64,000 nucleotides of DNA from Bacteroidota bacterium (GCA_051715425.1 JBPXJS010000042.1:17805-81804), one strand, 5' to 3'; positions 9,737 to 20,042 are shown, counted from the first letter of the stretch. The notes: generated from the sequence alone by a model not told the origin. Numbers and translations: made by a program.

Positions 9737-10615
9737 TTATTGTGCACTGGCAGTAGTATCGGTTGATGAGACGGTACTATCAGCAACAGCACCTTCTGGT
9801 GTATATTTATTGCCCTGAGGTTCTTTGCCTCCGGGAGGGTTGGTGCCCTGCATGGTTAGAATATAGCTGGCAAGTTCCTGCATTTCCAGGGCTTTAAGTG
9901 AATTACCCCATGCCACCATTCCTTTTGCCGGTACACCATATTTTATTGTTTTAAAAACAGATTTGATGTCGCCACCATGTATCCAGTATTCATCAGTAAG
10001 ATTAGGACCTACTTTGCCTTCTCCTTTTTCTCCATGGCATACGGCACATTTTTGGGTGTAAACAGTAGCTGCTGCTGCAAGTTTTGTTTTATCATCAATG
10101 GCTGTAACATTGGATTCATCAACAAGGTTACCCATTTTTTTCACATACTCTTCTTTTTGCTGCTCAGCCAATATCAGTTCGTTTTTATACTCCTGTGCCT
10201 GTAAAGGTGTTGATTCGAAAACATGGTAAAGCAAAAGGTATCCGAAAGCAAATACAATGGTACCGTAAAACAGCACGTTAAACCATGGTGGAATAGGGTT
10301 ATTCAATTCTCTGATTCCATCATAATCATGCCCAAGGTCAATATCCTTTTCGGCAGCAAGAGGTTTAAGGCTTAACATCTTTTCCCAGAAGCTGCGGTCT
10401 TCTTCGTAATGGTATTTCTCCCCAAGGGTTTCTTTTTTCAATACTGTTACTACCTGCTGAAGGGTAAATACAACAATCAGCATGACAAGTGCCAGGATAA
10501 TAATTAAAGTAATCAATACTTCAGAAAAAGACACTTTTGGCGATGATGCCGCTGTTTGAGCCATTAAAGGATGAGCTAAAAGCAGCATAAGTGCGGGAAC
10601 AATTATTTTTTTCAT
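9737..10615 (-). CDS. ccoP: cbb3-type cytochrome c oxidase subunit III (CcoP), c-type cytochrome
   Basis: N-terminal signal/anchor. The CcoP N-terminal-domain-like segment (PPWFNVLFYGTIVFAFGYLL) is followed by a CAVCHG heme-binding site. Confidence 0.7.
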   Translation of the reverse strand: MKKIIVPALMLLLAHPLMAQTAASSPKVSFSEVLITLIIILALVMLIVVFTLQQVVTVLKKETLGEKYHYEEDRSFWEKMLSLKPLAAEKDIDLGHDYDGIRELNNPIPPWFNVLFYGTIVFAFGYLLLYHVFESTPLQAQEYKNELILAEQQKEEYVKKMGNLVDESNVTAIDDKTKLAAAATVYTQKCAVCHGEKGEGKVGPNLTDEYWIHGGDIKSVFKTIKYGVPAKGMVAWGNSLKALEMQELASYILTMQGTNPPGGKEPQGNKYTPEGAVADSTVSSTDTTASAQ

Positions 10616-10627
10616 ATCGTCTGGTTA

Positions 10628-10798
10628 TTAATTGTTGTTGTCAGAATCTTCCAAAGGCATATTTTTCATCCTGTTGATGTAGTTCTTGTCTGCTCTGAAA
10701 ACCCACCATAAGAGGCCTACAAAGAAGAAGAAGAAGATCATCATGGAGAATATCAGGTAGTTCTCCATTCCTGTTACATTAGAAAGAAACTGTCTCAT
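10628..10798 (-). CDS. ccoQ: CcoQ/FixQ-like small membrane subunit (56 aa), not present in the ORF track
   Basis: My translation gives MRQFLSNVTGMENYLIFSMMIFFFFFVGLLWWVFRADKNYINRMKNMPLEDSDNNN, a single TM helix with an acidic tail. It lies exactly between ccoNO and ccoP, where ccoQ normally sits. Confidence 0.5.
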   Translation of the reverse strand: MRQFLSNVTGMENYLIFSMMIFFFFFVGLLWWVFRADKNYINRMKNMPLEDSDNNN

Positions 10799-10805
10799 AA
10801 TTTAA

Positions 10806-12938
10806 TTATTGGTTTGAGGCTGATTGTTGTTTTTTAATATCTGCACCAAGTCTCTGGAGGTATGCAATCATGGCCACCAGCTCTTTGTTGGCATCCAATG
10901 CAATACCATCTTTTTTCAAATTGGCACTTATCATTTCAGCCTGCAGCGCCAGGTTATTATTGGCATTTGTTATTTCATCATCGGTATAAGGCACACCAAG
11001 GCTTTTTAGTGCTTTCATTTTAGGCATAGTGCTTTCAGTGTTCAGACTCTGTTCGGCCAGCCATGGATATGGAGGCATTACCGAACCTGGTGACATGGTA
11101 CGTGGATCAATCATGTGATGATAGTGCCAGCTATCAGGATATTTTCCACCTATGCGGTGTAAATCTGGTCCGGTGCGCTTAGATCCCCAAAGGAAAGGAT
11201 GATCATACACATATTCTCCGGCCTTTGAATACTCACCCTGATAACGTTCTGTTTCACTCCGGAACGGACGAACCCATTGGGTATGGCATGCATTACATCC
11301 TTCACGTATATAAATATCGCGTCCCTGGAGCTCAAGAGGAGTGTATGGTTTTACACTGGAAATGGTAGGGATATTTGATTTAATAAGGAAGGTTGGAATT
11401 AACTCTACCGCACCACCAATAAGTATAGCTACAACTGCTAAAACGGTAAACATCACAGGTTTTTTCTCCAATACGGCATGCCAGAAATCGCCTTTTGCAA
11501 ACAGGGTCGATTTTTCAAGAGCAGGTGCTTCAGCGGCTTCATTGGCAGTAAACGAGCCTTGTTTCATTGTTTTTACAATATTGTAAATGAGGATAAGGAA
11601 ACCGGCAAGGTATAGGGTACCACCTACTGAGCGTAAAATATGCAATGGCAATATCTGAATGGTTATTTTTAAGAACTCAGGATATTGTAAAGTACCCTCA
11701 GGAGTGAATTCTTTCCACATTAAACCTTGGGTAAAACCTGACCAGTACATTGGAATGGCATAAAATACAATTCCTAAAGTAGCCAGCCAGAAATGGATAT
11801 TGATTAATTTTTTGGAATAGATGGTTGTATTATACATTCTTGGAATCATCCAGTATAATATAGCAAACGTAAGCAGCCCGTTCCATCCTAAAGCACCAAC
11901 GTGCACGTGAGCCACAATCCAATCGGTAAAGTGGGCAATGGCATTTACATTTTTTAATGACAGCATTGGTCCTTCAAAAGTGGCCATACCGTATGCAGTA
12001 ATACCAACGGCAAACATTTTCAGTACAGGCTCATCGCGAACCTTATCCCATGCACCACGGAGTGTTAGCAAACCATTGATCATACCACCCCATGATGGAG
12101 CAATAAGCATAATGGAAAATACCACCCCAAGTGATTGTGCCCAATCAGGGAGGGATGAATATAATAAGTGGTGAGGACCTGCCCAGATATAAATAAATAT
12201 AAGTGACCAGAAGTGAAGGATAGAAAGTTTATAAGAGTAAACAGGGCGTCCGGCTGCTTTAGGAAGGAAATAATACATCATTCCTAAAAACGGAGTGGTA
12301 AGGAAAAAGGCAACGGCATTGTGACCATACCACCATTGCACCAGTGCATCCTGAACACCTGCGTATACCATGTAACTTTTGAACATACTTACCGGAAGTT
12401 CAATAGAGTTTACAATATGCAAAACGGCAACTGTAACAAATGTGGCGATATAGAACCAAAGGGCTACATACATCTGTTTTTCCCTTCTTTTAATAATGGT
12501 TCCGATCATGTTTACACCAAATGCTACCCAAACCAATGCGATAGCAATGTCAATTGGCCATTCCAGCTCAGCATATTCTTTGGAGGTGGAAAGCCCCAAA
12601 GGCAGGGTGATGGCTGCACTCAGAATAATGAGCTGCCAGCCCCAAAAATGCAGGTTGCTCAGAAAATCGCTGAACATTCTGGCTTTGCATAAACGTTGCA
12701 GGGAGTAATAAACCCCGGCAAAAATGGCATTACCAACAAAAGCAAAAATAATGGCGTTGGTGTGTAAAGGCCTTAAACGACCAAATGAAGTGAATTGAAG
12801 GCCGAGGTTTGCTGCGGGCAGATACAACTGCACTGCAATAAGCAATCCAACGAGCATCCCTATTACCCCAAATATCATGGTGGCAATAGAGAAATTGCGG
12901 ACGATTCTGTTGTCGTAGTTAAACTTTTCGATTTGCAT
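10806..12938 (-). CDS. ccoNO: Fused cbb3-type cytochrome c oxidase subunits I+II (CcoN-CcoO fusion)
   Basis: 710 aa. The N-terminal 12-TM heme-copper oxidase core (His-rich helices; HFWLATLG, HHLLYS) is followed by a C-terminal monoheme domain CNACHTQWVRP typical of CcoO. Confidence 0.85.
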   Translation of the reverse strand: MQIEKFNYDNRIVRNFSIATMIFGVIGMLVGLLIAVQLYLPAANLGLQFTSFGRLRPLHTNAIIFAFVGNAIFAGVYYSLQRLCKARMFSDFLSNLHFWGWQLIILSAAITLPLGLSTSKEYAELEWPIDIAIALVWVAFGVNMIGTIIKRREKQMYVALWFYIATFVTVAVLHIVNSIELPVSMFKSYMVYAGVQDALVQWWYGHNAVAFFLTTPFLGMMYYFLPKAAGRPVYSYKLSILHFWSLIFIYIWAGPHHLLYSSLPDWAQSLGVVFSIMLIAPSWGGMINGLLTLRGAWDKVRDEPVLKMFAVGITAYGMATFEGPMLSLKNVNAIAHFTDWIVAHVHVGALGWNGLLTFAILYWMIPRMYNTTIYSKKLINIHFWLATLGIVFYAIPMYWSGFTQGLMWKEFTPEGTLQYPEFLKITIQILPLHILRSVGGTLYLAGFLILIYNIVKTMKQGSFTANEAAEAPALEKSTLFAKGDFWHAVLEKKPVMFTVLAVVAILIGGAVELIPTFLIKSNIPTISSVKPYTPLELQGRDIYIREGCNACHTQWVRPFRSETERYQGEYSKAGEYVYDHPFLWGSKRTGPDLHRIGGKYPDSWHYHHMIDPRTMSPGSVMPPYPWLAEQSLNTESTMPKMKALKSLGVPYTDDEITNANNNLALQAEMISANLKKDGIALDANKELVAMIAYLQRLGADIKKQQSASNQ

Positions 12939-13026
12939 AGGTATTCCGGTTATGTGTGATTAATGAAACAAAACTATTTACTGGTGAATGACGATAATAT
13001 GACAATGGTTAGGTTGATTCATGATC

Positions 13027-13209
13027 TTAATCATGTTTCTCAGTTTCCTCTTTTTTGGCAGCAGGTGCCGGGTAATTATCAAACAGGATCCTTACCGATG
13101 GGGTATAGTCATCATCCATCTGACCGGATCTTACGGTCCAGATAAAAGCAGCAAGAAATCCTATGGCAAGCAACAGGCTGCAACCTATTAATACATACAT
13201 TACACTCAT
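13027..13209 (-). CDS. ccoS: cbb3 oxidase maturation protein CcoS
   Basis: 60 aa, with one TM helix (MSVMYVLIGCSLLLAIGFLAAFIW) and an acidic tail. Its stop overlaps the ccoI start. Confidence 0.65.
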   Translation of the reverse strand: MSVMYVLIGCSLLLAIGFLAAFIWTVRSGQMDDDYTPSVRILFDNYPAPAAKKEETEKHD

Positions 13210-15626
13210 TTAAGTCCTCCTTTTTTAGCAAATATTGATGTTGTTATGGTGGTAAATCCAATCACCGTAATGGAGCTTAATGGCATCAGTACGGCAGCTA
13301 TAAGCGGAGAGAGAGTACCCTGAACGGCATAACTCAATCCCACTATATTATACATTAATGAAATAATAAAACTGCAATGAATAACGGTAAGGGTATTTTT
13401 ACTGAAACGGATAAAACGATCAAGCTGAGAAAATACAGCAGCATCCATAATCACATCAGCAGCAGGTGAAAAATGGGAGGTATCTTCGCTAACCGAAATA
13501 CCTACATCTGCCGCCTTCAGCGCTCCGGCATCATTTAGTCCGTCACCAATCATCATCACGTTTTTATTTTGGCCATGCAGCTTTTCTATAAAGCGCATTT
13601 TATCCTCTGGTGATTGCCTGAAATACAATTCCTCCTCATCACCAAATAAATGCCCAAGCCTGCTTTTTTCATTTTCGTTATCACCGGAAAGCAAATACAT
13701 CGCGTATTTTTTTCTGAATCCTGAAATAAGTTCTTTTAATCCTTGCCTGTAGGTGTGTCGTATGTTAAAATATCCTATTTCCTTGTTATCTATCTTGATA
13801 AATACCCTTGTAGCCAATTCAGCCGAAGGGATAAAAGGAGCAGGGGTTTCCGGAAAAAGAAAGGAATAAGAGCCAACCATAATATGGTGCCCTTCTGTTT
13901 TGCCTTCCAGTCCTTTTCCGCTGATTTCAAAAAAATCTGTAGCGGCTGCTACATTTATTTCATTAAACAATGACCTGATTTTTTTACTCAAGGGATGCAC
14001 GGAATTTTTTACAACAGATACCACCCATCTTTTTTCCTGTTCTGATAATTGATTTCCCTGCCAGGTAATCACCGATTCTGAAGGTTGCGTGATGGTGCCG
14101 GTTTTATCAAAAGCTATTGCACTGATGCGGGCAATATGTTCGACCGTTTCAGGAGATTTTACGTAAAAGCGGTATTTCCCTAAAATACGCATTGCCGTGC
14201 CAAGTGCAAACGGACTGGATAAGGCAAGTGCGCATGGGCAGGCTATGATGAGCACGGAGGTAAATGCGTTGAGTGATAATGATGGATCAAAAATGAGCCA
14301 CCAGCCTGCTGAACCAAATGCAGTGAGCAATAAGCCAATGGTAAAATACTTACTTACTTTTTGCTGAAAAGTTTGAATGCGGCTTTTATGTTCTTTTGAG
14401 AAATATTCGTTATTCCACAATTGGGTGAGGTAACTTTGCGAAACCTTTTTACATACCTCCAGTTCAATGGTGCTGCCGGCCTGTTTTCCTCCGGCATAAA
14501 TCATTTCTCCCAATACCTTATCAACAGGATTTGATTCTCCGGTAACGAAACTAAAATCGATATGTGCATTGCCTTTTAGCAGGATAGAATCGGCCGGTAT
14601 CAGTTCATTGTTACGTATAATGATGCGGTCGCCAATTTGGAGGTTGGTAACAGGTACTGTTGTTTCATTCCCGTCTTTTATTACACTAACCGCAACCGGG
14701 AAATAAGATTTATAATCCCGTTCGAAGGAAAGGGTGTCATACGTTTTTTGTTGAAACCATTTACCAATTAGCAGAAAAAATACCAGGCCTGCATGTGTAT
14801 CAAAATAACCTATACCGGTTTCGGAAATAACCTCATAACTGCTTCTTGCAAATAATACCAGAATACCCAGCGCAAGGGGCACATCAATGGAAATGAAATT
14901 TTTTCTGAGGCCTTTATAAGCATTGATAAAATAATCTCTTGCACTAAATAAGAATACAGGAACAGAAAGGAACATATTGAGGTAGCCGAATAATCTGGAG
15001 AAGGTTGCTTTGGTTAGGCTGTCCAGCCCGAAGTATTCCGGAAAACTGATGAGCATGATATTGCCAAAACAGAATCCCGCTACGCCAATCTGATATAAAA
15101 TTTTTCGACTTTCGTCTTTTTTTATAGTCGTTTCAATATCGTTGAGGTGAATGGCGGGTTCGTAACCAAGTGATGTAAGCAGTTCAACAATATGGCGAAG
15201 GGAGGTCTCCTGATGAATAAAGGTGACTGATAAACTTTTTTTCAAAAAATTAACACGGGAAGAAGAGACAGCAGGATTAAGTTTGTAGAGATTTTCGAGC
15301 AGCCAGATACAGGAACTGCAATGCATGGTGGGAATATGAAACTGTACCTTCATGATCCGCTCATCTTTAAAAGAGATGAGTTTAGCTATCACCGCTTCAT
15401 CATCGAGGTAGTTAAATTTATGTCCGGATACGGGAAAACGTTGCGTAATGCCAGGAGTGTTCTCCATATCGTAATACGCACAGAGGTTGTTTTGGGAGAG
15501 TAATTCGTAAACATTTTTACATCCAAAGCAGCAGAATTGATGCGATTCAAATTCAAGGATATCATCCTTGCATTCGTCTCCGCAATGGTAGCATGTTGTT
15601 TTTGATGTGGTAAGCGTTTCTGACAT
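13206..15626 (-). CDS. ccoI: Copper-translocating P1B-type ATPase CcoI
   Basis: N-terminal CYHCGDEC metal-binding region, the CPC transmembrane motif (IIACPCALALS), DKTGTIT phosphorylation site, and GDGLNDAGAL hinge. Confidence 0.8.
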   Translation of the reverse strand: MSETLTTSKTTCYHCGDECKDDILEFESHQFCCFGCKNVYELLSQNNLCAYYDMENTPGITQRFPVSGHKFNYLDDEAVIAKLISFKDERIMKVQFHIPTMHCSSCIWLLENLYKLNPAVSSSRVNFLKKSLSVTFIHQETSLRHIVELLTSLGYEPAIHLNDIETTIKKDESRKILYQIGVAGFCFGNIMLISFPEYFGLDSLTKATFSRLFGYLNMFLSVPVFLFSARDYFINAYKGLRKNFISIDVPLALGILVLFARSSYEVISETGIGYFDTHAGLVFFLLIGKWFQQKTYDTLSFERDYKSYFPVAVSVIKDGNETTVPVTNLQIGDRIIIRNNELIPADSILLKGNAHIDFSFVTGESNPVDKVLGEMIYAGGKQAGSTIELEVCKKVSQSYLTQLWNNEYFSKEHKSRIQTFQQKVSKYFTIGLLLTAFGSAGWWLIFDPSLSLNAFTSVLIIACPCALALSSPFALGTAMRILGKYRFYVKSPETVEHIARISAIAFDKTGTITQPSESVITWQGNQLSEQEKRWVVSVVKNSVHPLSKKIRSLFNEINVAAATDFFEISGKGLEGKTEGHHIMVGSYSFLFPETPAPFIPSAELATRVFIKIDNKEIGYFNIRHTYRQGLKELISGFRKKYAMYLLSGDNENEKSRLGHLFGDEEELYFRQSPEDKMRFIEKLHGQNKNVMMIGDGLNDAGALKAADVGISVSEDTSHFSPAADVIMDAAVFSQLDRFIRFSKNTLTVIHCSFIISLMYNIVGLSYAVQGTLSPLIAAVLMPLSSITVIGFTTITTSIFAKKGGLK

Positions 15627-15633
15627 ATTTCAA

Positions 15634-16473
15634 TCAATACATAAATATAGAGCGATTTCCTTCGAGAAAAAAGGAATGATGCTGGTTAAAAATAAGGTCT
15701 TCAATCAGGTCATTTCTGCTGATGCCACTTACCAAAAGAAACTCATCCGTGTCGCCTAAGAGTTTTAACAGATCAGAATAATAGTTTTCTGGGTAAATGC
15801 GGTGTATAGCAAAAAAGGGCTGGTACATCTTGAGGTATTCGCATGCCTGTTTTTCATGAATAATGGTATCTTCATTAATAACAGTATTTAAAATTACCCT
15901 ATGTTTCTTCAGTTGATCACCCATCAGGTAGGCAAACATTTTAATAGTTTCCATGCTCCGTTCTGTGCCATCAAAAAGGATGATAATATTTTTAAAAGGA
16001 TCAGCAGATTTGTTTAATATAAGTAACGGACAATCGGCTTTGCGCAAAACAGCCTCAACGGTTTGTGATGCTATTCTGTTTTTTTTCGCTGAACTGATGA
16101 GCGTTTCAGGAACAATCATCAGGTCGTAGAACCGGCTGTCGTCAATAATTCCAGCATGTTCATTTTCTCCGCGATATACTTTAGCCTTAATACCGTTTTG
16201 TTCGCAGGTTTCAATAAATCTATAAGTGATATCATCTACAGGAAGCAATTCCTGTTTTCTCATCACCTTTGAAAAAATGTCTTTATATGAATATTGGTTA
16301 TTTACCAATTGTTCATCAGTAAAAATAGACCGAAGTTGTTTTTGGGTAATTCCTTCCACAAAAGCACAGGTAAAGTGGTTATCTGAACTTTCACCAAATA
16401 GTTGAAATGATTGATCCAGCAAATGCCCTGATACAGAGGACTCATCTAATAGGATCAATGTGTTAATGGCCAT
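15634..16473 (-). CDS. Tandem universal-stress-protein (UspA-like) domain protein
   Basis: Two repeats of the Usp-like pattern (INTLILLDESSVSGH ... and NIIILFDGTERSMETIKMF ...). It sits directly upstream of ccoI, a common location for Usp genes near cbb3 loci. Confidence 0.4.
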   Translation of the reverse strand: MAINTLILLDESSVSGHLLDQSFQLFGESSDNHFTCAFVEGITQKQLRSIFTDEQLVNNQYSYKDIFSKVMRKQELLPVDDITYRFIETCEQNGIKAKVYRGENEHAGIIDDSRFYDLMIVPETLISSAKKNRIASQTVEAVLRKADCPLLILNKSADPFKNIIILFDGTERSMETIKMFAYLMGDQLKKHRVILNTVINEDTIIHEKQACEYLKMYQPFFAIHRIYPENYYSDLLKLLGDTDEFLLVSGISRNDLIEDLIFNQHHSFFLEGNRSIFMY

Positions 16474-16676
16474 TTGGTATGTTGTGGTTCAGCAATTCAA
16501 AAATCACCGGTCCCCCGATTTATTAATATGACAAACCTCAATCAGGGGTATGATTTTGATCATGTATTTGGCAATTATGTCTTAAAAACTAAGCTTATGC
16601 ACATTTCAATGTGTTTGTGTGGATTGTAATTGAACAAATTATTCGGATTTTAGCGTTCGTAAAAATTTTACAAACT

Positions 16677-17231
16677 ATGAAAAAATTATTATTATCATTA
16701 GCAGCAGTTGCCGTGGGCTTTGCTGCTTCAGCTCAGGTAAGCCAGGGAACAATTGCCCTTGGTGGTTCTGTATTTTTTGAAAGCAACGACAACGGTACTA
16801 CAAGTGGCAGTGTGTTTGGTCTTGGTGTAAATGGTGGTTACTTTCTTTCTGATGGTTTAGAATTAATGGCAATGGTAGGATTTACAGGAGAGGACAAAGC
16901 TGGCACACGTGGTGGTAACAAATCATCAATGGATTTTGGTGTAGGTGCACAAAAGTATTTTGAATTGGCAAGCAGTTTTTATTTAACAGGTGGTGCATCA
17001 TTTGCCTACAATTCAGGTAAAACAGCTGCAGACGTTAGCTTTTCGGGAATGAACATTGGTGTAGCTCCGGGATTTGCATGGTTTCCTTCAGAAAGCTGGG
17101 GTATCTCTATGTCAATGGGCAACTGGATTTATTACAGAAGCGCAGATAATGGTGCTAAAACCAGCGGTTTTGGAATAACTCCAAATCTGGGTGGTCTTGG
17201 ATTAGGCGTAAGATATTTCTTGTCTAAGTAA
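16677..17231 (+). CDS. Outer-membrane beta-barrel protein (OmpW/porin-like, small)
   Basis: The signal peptide MKKLLLSLAAVAVGFAASAQ starts at the ATG at 16677; the track ORF starts further upstream at a GTG. The protein is Gly-rich with alternating amphipathic strands and ends in the aromatic terminus RYFLSK. Confidence 0.6.
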   Translation: MKKLLLSLAAVAVGFAASAQVSQGTIALGGSVFFESNDNGTTSGSVFGLGVNGGYFLSDGLELMAMVGFTGEDKAGTRGGNKSSMDFGVGAQKYFELASSFYLTGGASFAYNSGKTAADVSFSGMNIGVAPGFAWFPSESWGISMSMGNWIYYRSADNGAKTSGFGITPNLGGLGLGVRYFLSK

Positions 17232-17246
17232 TCAACAATCATTTTA

Positions 17247-17278
17247 TAAAAAAAGCTGCTTTCGGGCAGCTTTTTTTA
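17247..17278. terminator. Bidirectional rho-independent terminator
   Basis: AAAAAAAGCTGC-tttcgg-GCAGCTTTTTTT: a GC stem flanked by an A-run and a T-run, placed between convergent genes. Confidence 0.6.
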
Positions 17279-18241
17279 TGCTGTAAAAAATCCCTTTAAC
17301 GTTTTTACGTTCAGTGGCAGTTCCATTAACACATGCAACATACTGAGGGAACTGATTACCCAAAAGCCTGATTGAGGGTGAATAAAATACCATACCAATA
17401 GTACAATCCACGCAGCCGCAATACTTCCCAGTCTGGAATAAGAAATGCGGTGCCAGCCGATGATTTCCGTTTTAGAAAACCAATTAAGGTAATGATAGAG
17501 ATAACTGAAGGTGATAAAACTCATGATCCTATACGATGTGGAATCGCTTAGTACACTCTCTTTGTTGCTGATATTGCCAATATGGAAGAGATCGGATAAT
17601 ATTTTATTGAGGGCATGAAGTTTATAATTTACCGATACAAAAGAGGAGGGTACATACTCTTGTTGAAAAGGACCCATCATGAGTGTAAGAAGGCTGCAGA
17701 TAATAAAAATGGCTACTGATAAATAACCACTGGCATTTTTTTGTTTAAGCACACCTGTAACAAGAAAAGTACCTGTAAAAAACCAAACATGGATGATGGT
17801 TGGCAGCAGCAAAACAAAACCAATAGTAACAAGCGGGTAAGTATCCAATCCACTAAAACGAAGAAAAACAACTGTTGCCAGAAGGGTAATAACGGTTTTT
17901 ATCACCGATGTGGTACCAGCCAGCACAAATGCGTAAACAAAAGCGATGATCATCAGCAAGGTTGTTATGGATGATAATCCGGTATGTTTTATTACCTCCG
18001 GAAGCATCAATAACAGGCAAAGAGGAAGAAACAACCAGGCGGCTGTTTTGCTGTTGCTGTAAAAGTCTTTTTTTTCCAGCCACGAAATTTCGGTAAGGTA
18101 ATGAAGCGGACCAAGTATAATAAATGCCAATAAAAAGACCTCGAAAGGTTTATACATGGCAAGTACAGCCGCTATTACCATCAACAAGGAGTTGAGGTGA
18201 TTCATTCTTTTTAGAAAGGTTTCGGATGGAGGCATTTTCAA
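17276..18241 (-). CDS. Polytopic integral membrane protein, hypothetical
   Basis: 321 aa, about 8 hydrophobic helices, no motif I recognise. Confidence 0.45.
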   Translation of the reverse strand: MKMPPSETFLKRMNHLNSLLMVIAAVLAMYKPFEVFLLAFIILGPLHYLTEISWLEKKDFYSNSKTAAWLFLPLCLLLMLPEVIKHTGLSSITTLLMIIAFVYAFVLAGTTSVIKTVITLLATVVFLRFSGLDTYPLVTIGFVLLLPTIIHVWFFTGTFLVTGVLKQKNASGYLSVAIFIICSLLTLMMGPFQQEYVPSSFVSVNYKLHALNKILSDLFHIGNISNKESVLSDSTSYRIMSFITFSYLYHYLNWFSKTEIIGWHRISYSRLGSIAAAWIVLLVWYFIHPQSGFWVISSLSMLHVLMELPLNVKTLKGFFTA

Positions 18242-18272
18242 AAGTAATTAAATCAACATATCTTTCACGCGG

Positions 18273-19148
18273 ATGGCAGCATTAAAATTAAGTTACCCGT
18301 TTGATATAAAGTACCTTGAAATTCACGATCACATAAAAATAGCCTATTGTGATGAGGGAAAGGGAGAAGAAACCTTATTATTTGTGCATGGCCTGGCCAA
18401 TTACCTGCCTGTATGGAAAAAGCAAATAAAGGAGCTATCCCAAACATATCGTTGTATTGCTATTGATTTGCCCGGCAACGGACTTTCTTCCAGAGGTAAT
18501 TATCCCTATTCTATGTTTTTTTATGCGGAAAGTGTAAGGCGATTTATTGAAGGATTAAAAATAGAAAAGGTGGTGCTGGCAGGGCATTCAATGGGAGGGC
18601 AAATAGGCATAATCACTGCTCTGCGATATCCTTCGGTAATTGAGAAACTGATATTGGTGGCACCGGCTGGTATAGAGTACTTTCACCCACATGAGCGGCT
18701 AATGATGCAGCCTCTGATGAATCTGGGTGATTTTTTTTATTCCGATGAGTTTCATTTGGAACAGGCTATTAATGAAAGTTTTTTTAGTCATCATCAGGAG
18801 CGTGAAGTAATTATTGAAGAAGTGAAACAACTGATGAGGGCACACCCGCAGCAGAGATGGAAGGATATGGTCATGGCTTCTGTAAGTGGAATGTTAAATG
18901 AACAGGTTCAGCAATTTTTACCCCAGTTGGAGCAGCCTGTTTTATTATTATTCGGAGCTAATGATAAGCTTATTCCAAACAGAATTATTCATGCTGGCGA
19001 AACTCCTAAAACTATTGCGGTGAAAGGAGCTGCTATGATCCCTGACTGTGAAATGCACCTGGTTGAGAAATCAGGCCATTTTTTGATGATTGAGCAGTAC
19101 GGCATCGTAAACAACCTGATAAAAGGGTTTCTGGAAAAGAAAAAGTAG
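18273..19148 (+). CDS. Alpha/beta-fold hydrolase
   Basis: HGLANY oxyanion region, the GHSMGG nucleophile elbow, and a C-terminal His motif (SGHFLMIEQ). Confidence 0.65.
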   Translation: MAALKLSYPFDIKYLEIHDHIKIAYCDEGKGEETLLFVHGLANYLPVWKKQIKELSQTYRCIAIDLPGNGLSSRGNYPYSMFFYAESVRRFIEGLKIEKVVLAGHSMGGQIGIITALRYPSVIEKLILVAPAGIEYFHPHERLMMQPLMNLGDFFYSDEFHLEQAINESFFSHHQEREVIIEEVKQLMRAHPQQRWKDMVMASVSGMLNEQVQQFLPQLEQPVLLLFGANDKLIPNRIIHAGETPKTIAVKGAAMIPDCEMHLVEKSGHFLMIEQYGIVNNLIKGFLEKKK

Positions 19149-19151
19149 CAA

Positions 19152-19595
19152 TTAATTTGTTTCAACCGGCAACCCTTCACTTTGCCATTTTCTTATTCCA
19201 CCGTCCATATCATATACTTTTTTAAATCCTTTTTTCTGCATCAATTCTGCACATTCACCACTTCTTCCTCCCGTAGCACAATAAACAAAATAGGTGGCAT
19301 TTTTATCCAGCTTATCAATTTCTGCTTCAAAGTTATCACTGAAAATATCAAGCAACCTTGCTCCCTTTAAATGGCCTTTCTTATATTCTCCCGGTGTTCT
19401 TACATCTATTAATACACCTTTTTCCTTTTGTAATTTTTCATTAAATCCTGCCGGTGAAATCACCCCACCTGTTTGGGTATTGGAAGCAACTGTTTTCCCT
19501 TTTTGTTGTTGTGAACATGCAACAAAGCTGATCATAACCAGCGCCATCAGAAAAATATTTTTCATCATATGAGGTATATTTAAATGAAGGGTCAA
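19152..19595 (-). CDS. Secreted rhodanese-domain sulfurtransferase
   Basis: Signal peptide, then a rhodanese fold with the active-site loop YCATGGRSG. Confidence 0.65.
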   Translation of the reverse strand: MTLHLNIPHMMKNIFLMALVMISFVACSQQQKGKTVASNTQTGGVISPAGFNEKLQKEKGVLIDVRTPGEYKKGHLKGARLLDIFSDNFEAEIDKLDKNATYFVYCATGGRSGECAELMQKKGFKKVYDMDGGIRKWQSEGLPVETN

Positions 19596-19672
19596 AGGTA
19601 ATAAAAATGTAATAATGATAACCGTGTTTTAGTGAACATACATCCCACGGCTATCATTAAAAGTTACCGGTT

Positions 19673-19879
19673 TTATTTTTTTACCGGACAGGTGTTAAAA
19701 CCAAAAATGGAATAAAGCGGACAAAATCCGGTTAACAGGGTGAAGGTGAAAACACCGGCTGCTACAAGCAGAATAATGCCCAGTGTGCCGGTTACGGTTC
19801 CTGAAAAATAAAGAAAAGCAAATAGCGCTGAAACGATTAAACGAATAATACGGTCAGCATTTCCCATGTTCTTTTTCAT
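19673..19879 (-). CDS. DUF2892 (YgaP C-terminal-like) small membrane protein
   Basis: 68 aa: NADRIIRLIVSALFAF ... LLTGFCPLYSIFGFNTCP, the typical DUF2892 pattern. These proteins are commonly found next to rhodanese genes. Confidence 0.55.
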   Translation of the reverse strand: MKKNMGNADRIIRLIVSALFAFLYFSGTVTGTLGIILLVAAGVFTFTLLTGFCPLYSIFGFNTCPVKK

Positions 19880-20042
19880 AATTTATTTGTTGGTTAAGGT
19901 TTGAATAACTAATGCAATGCCGGTAATCATCAGCAAACATACCAAACAGATCAGGGTAAATTTTACGATGTTGTTTTTGAGCATTGCAGGAACAAATGTA
20001 GAACACAACAAACAGAACAAAGGTGACCTTGGTCACCTGTCA

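Noticed and set aside
10824-12708. Multiple 60-120 aa plus-strand ORFs inside ccoNO, and similar antisense ORFs inside the giant gene, ccoI and the BatA-like gene
   Set aside because: They lie antisense to long, motif-rich genes and have no independent support.
16611-16676. GTG-initiated N-terminal extension of the outer-membrane beta-barrel gene
   Set aside because: The internal ATG at 16677 gives a textbook signal peptide (MKKLLLSLAAVAVGFAASAQ). The extension would place a hydrophobic non-signal segment in front of it.
19854-20036. 60-aa ORF between DUF2892 and the Crp gene
   Set aside because: It overlaps the DUF2892 start and has no signal or motif. It is more likely promoter DNA.
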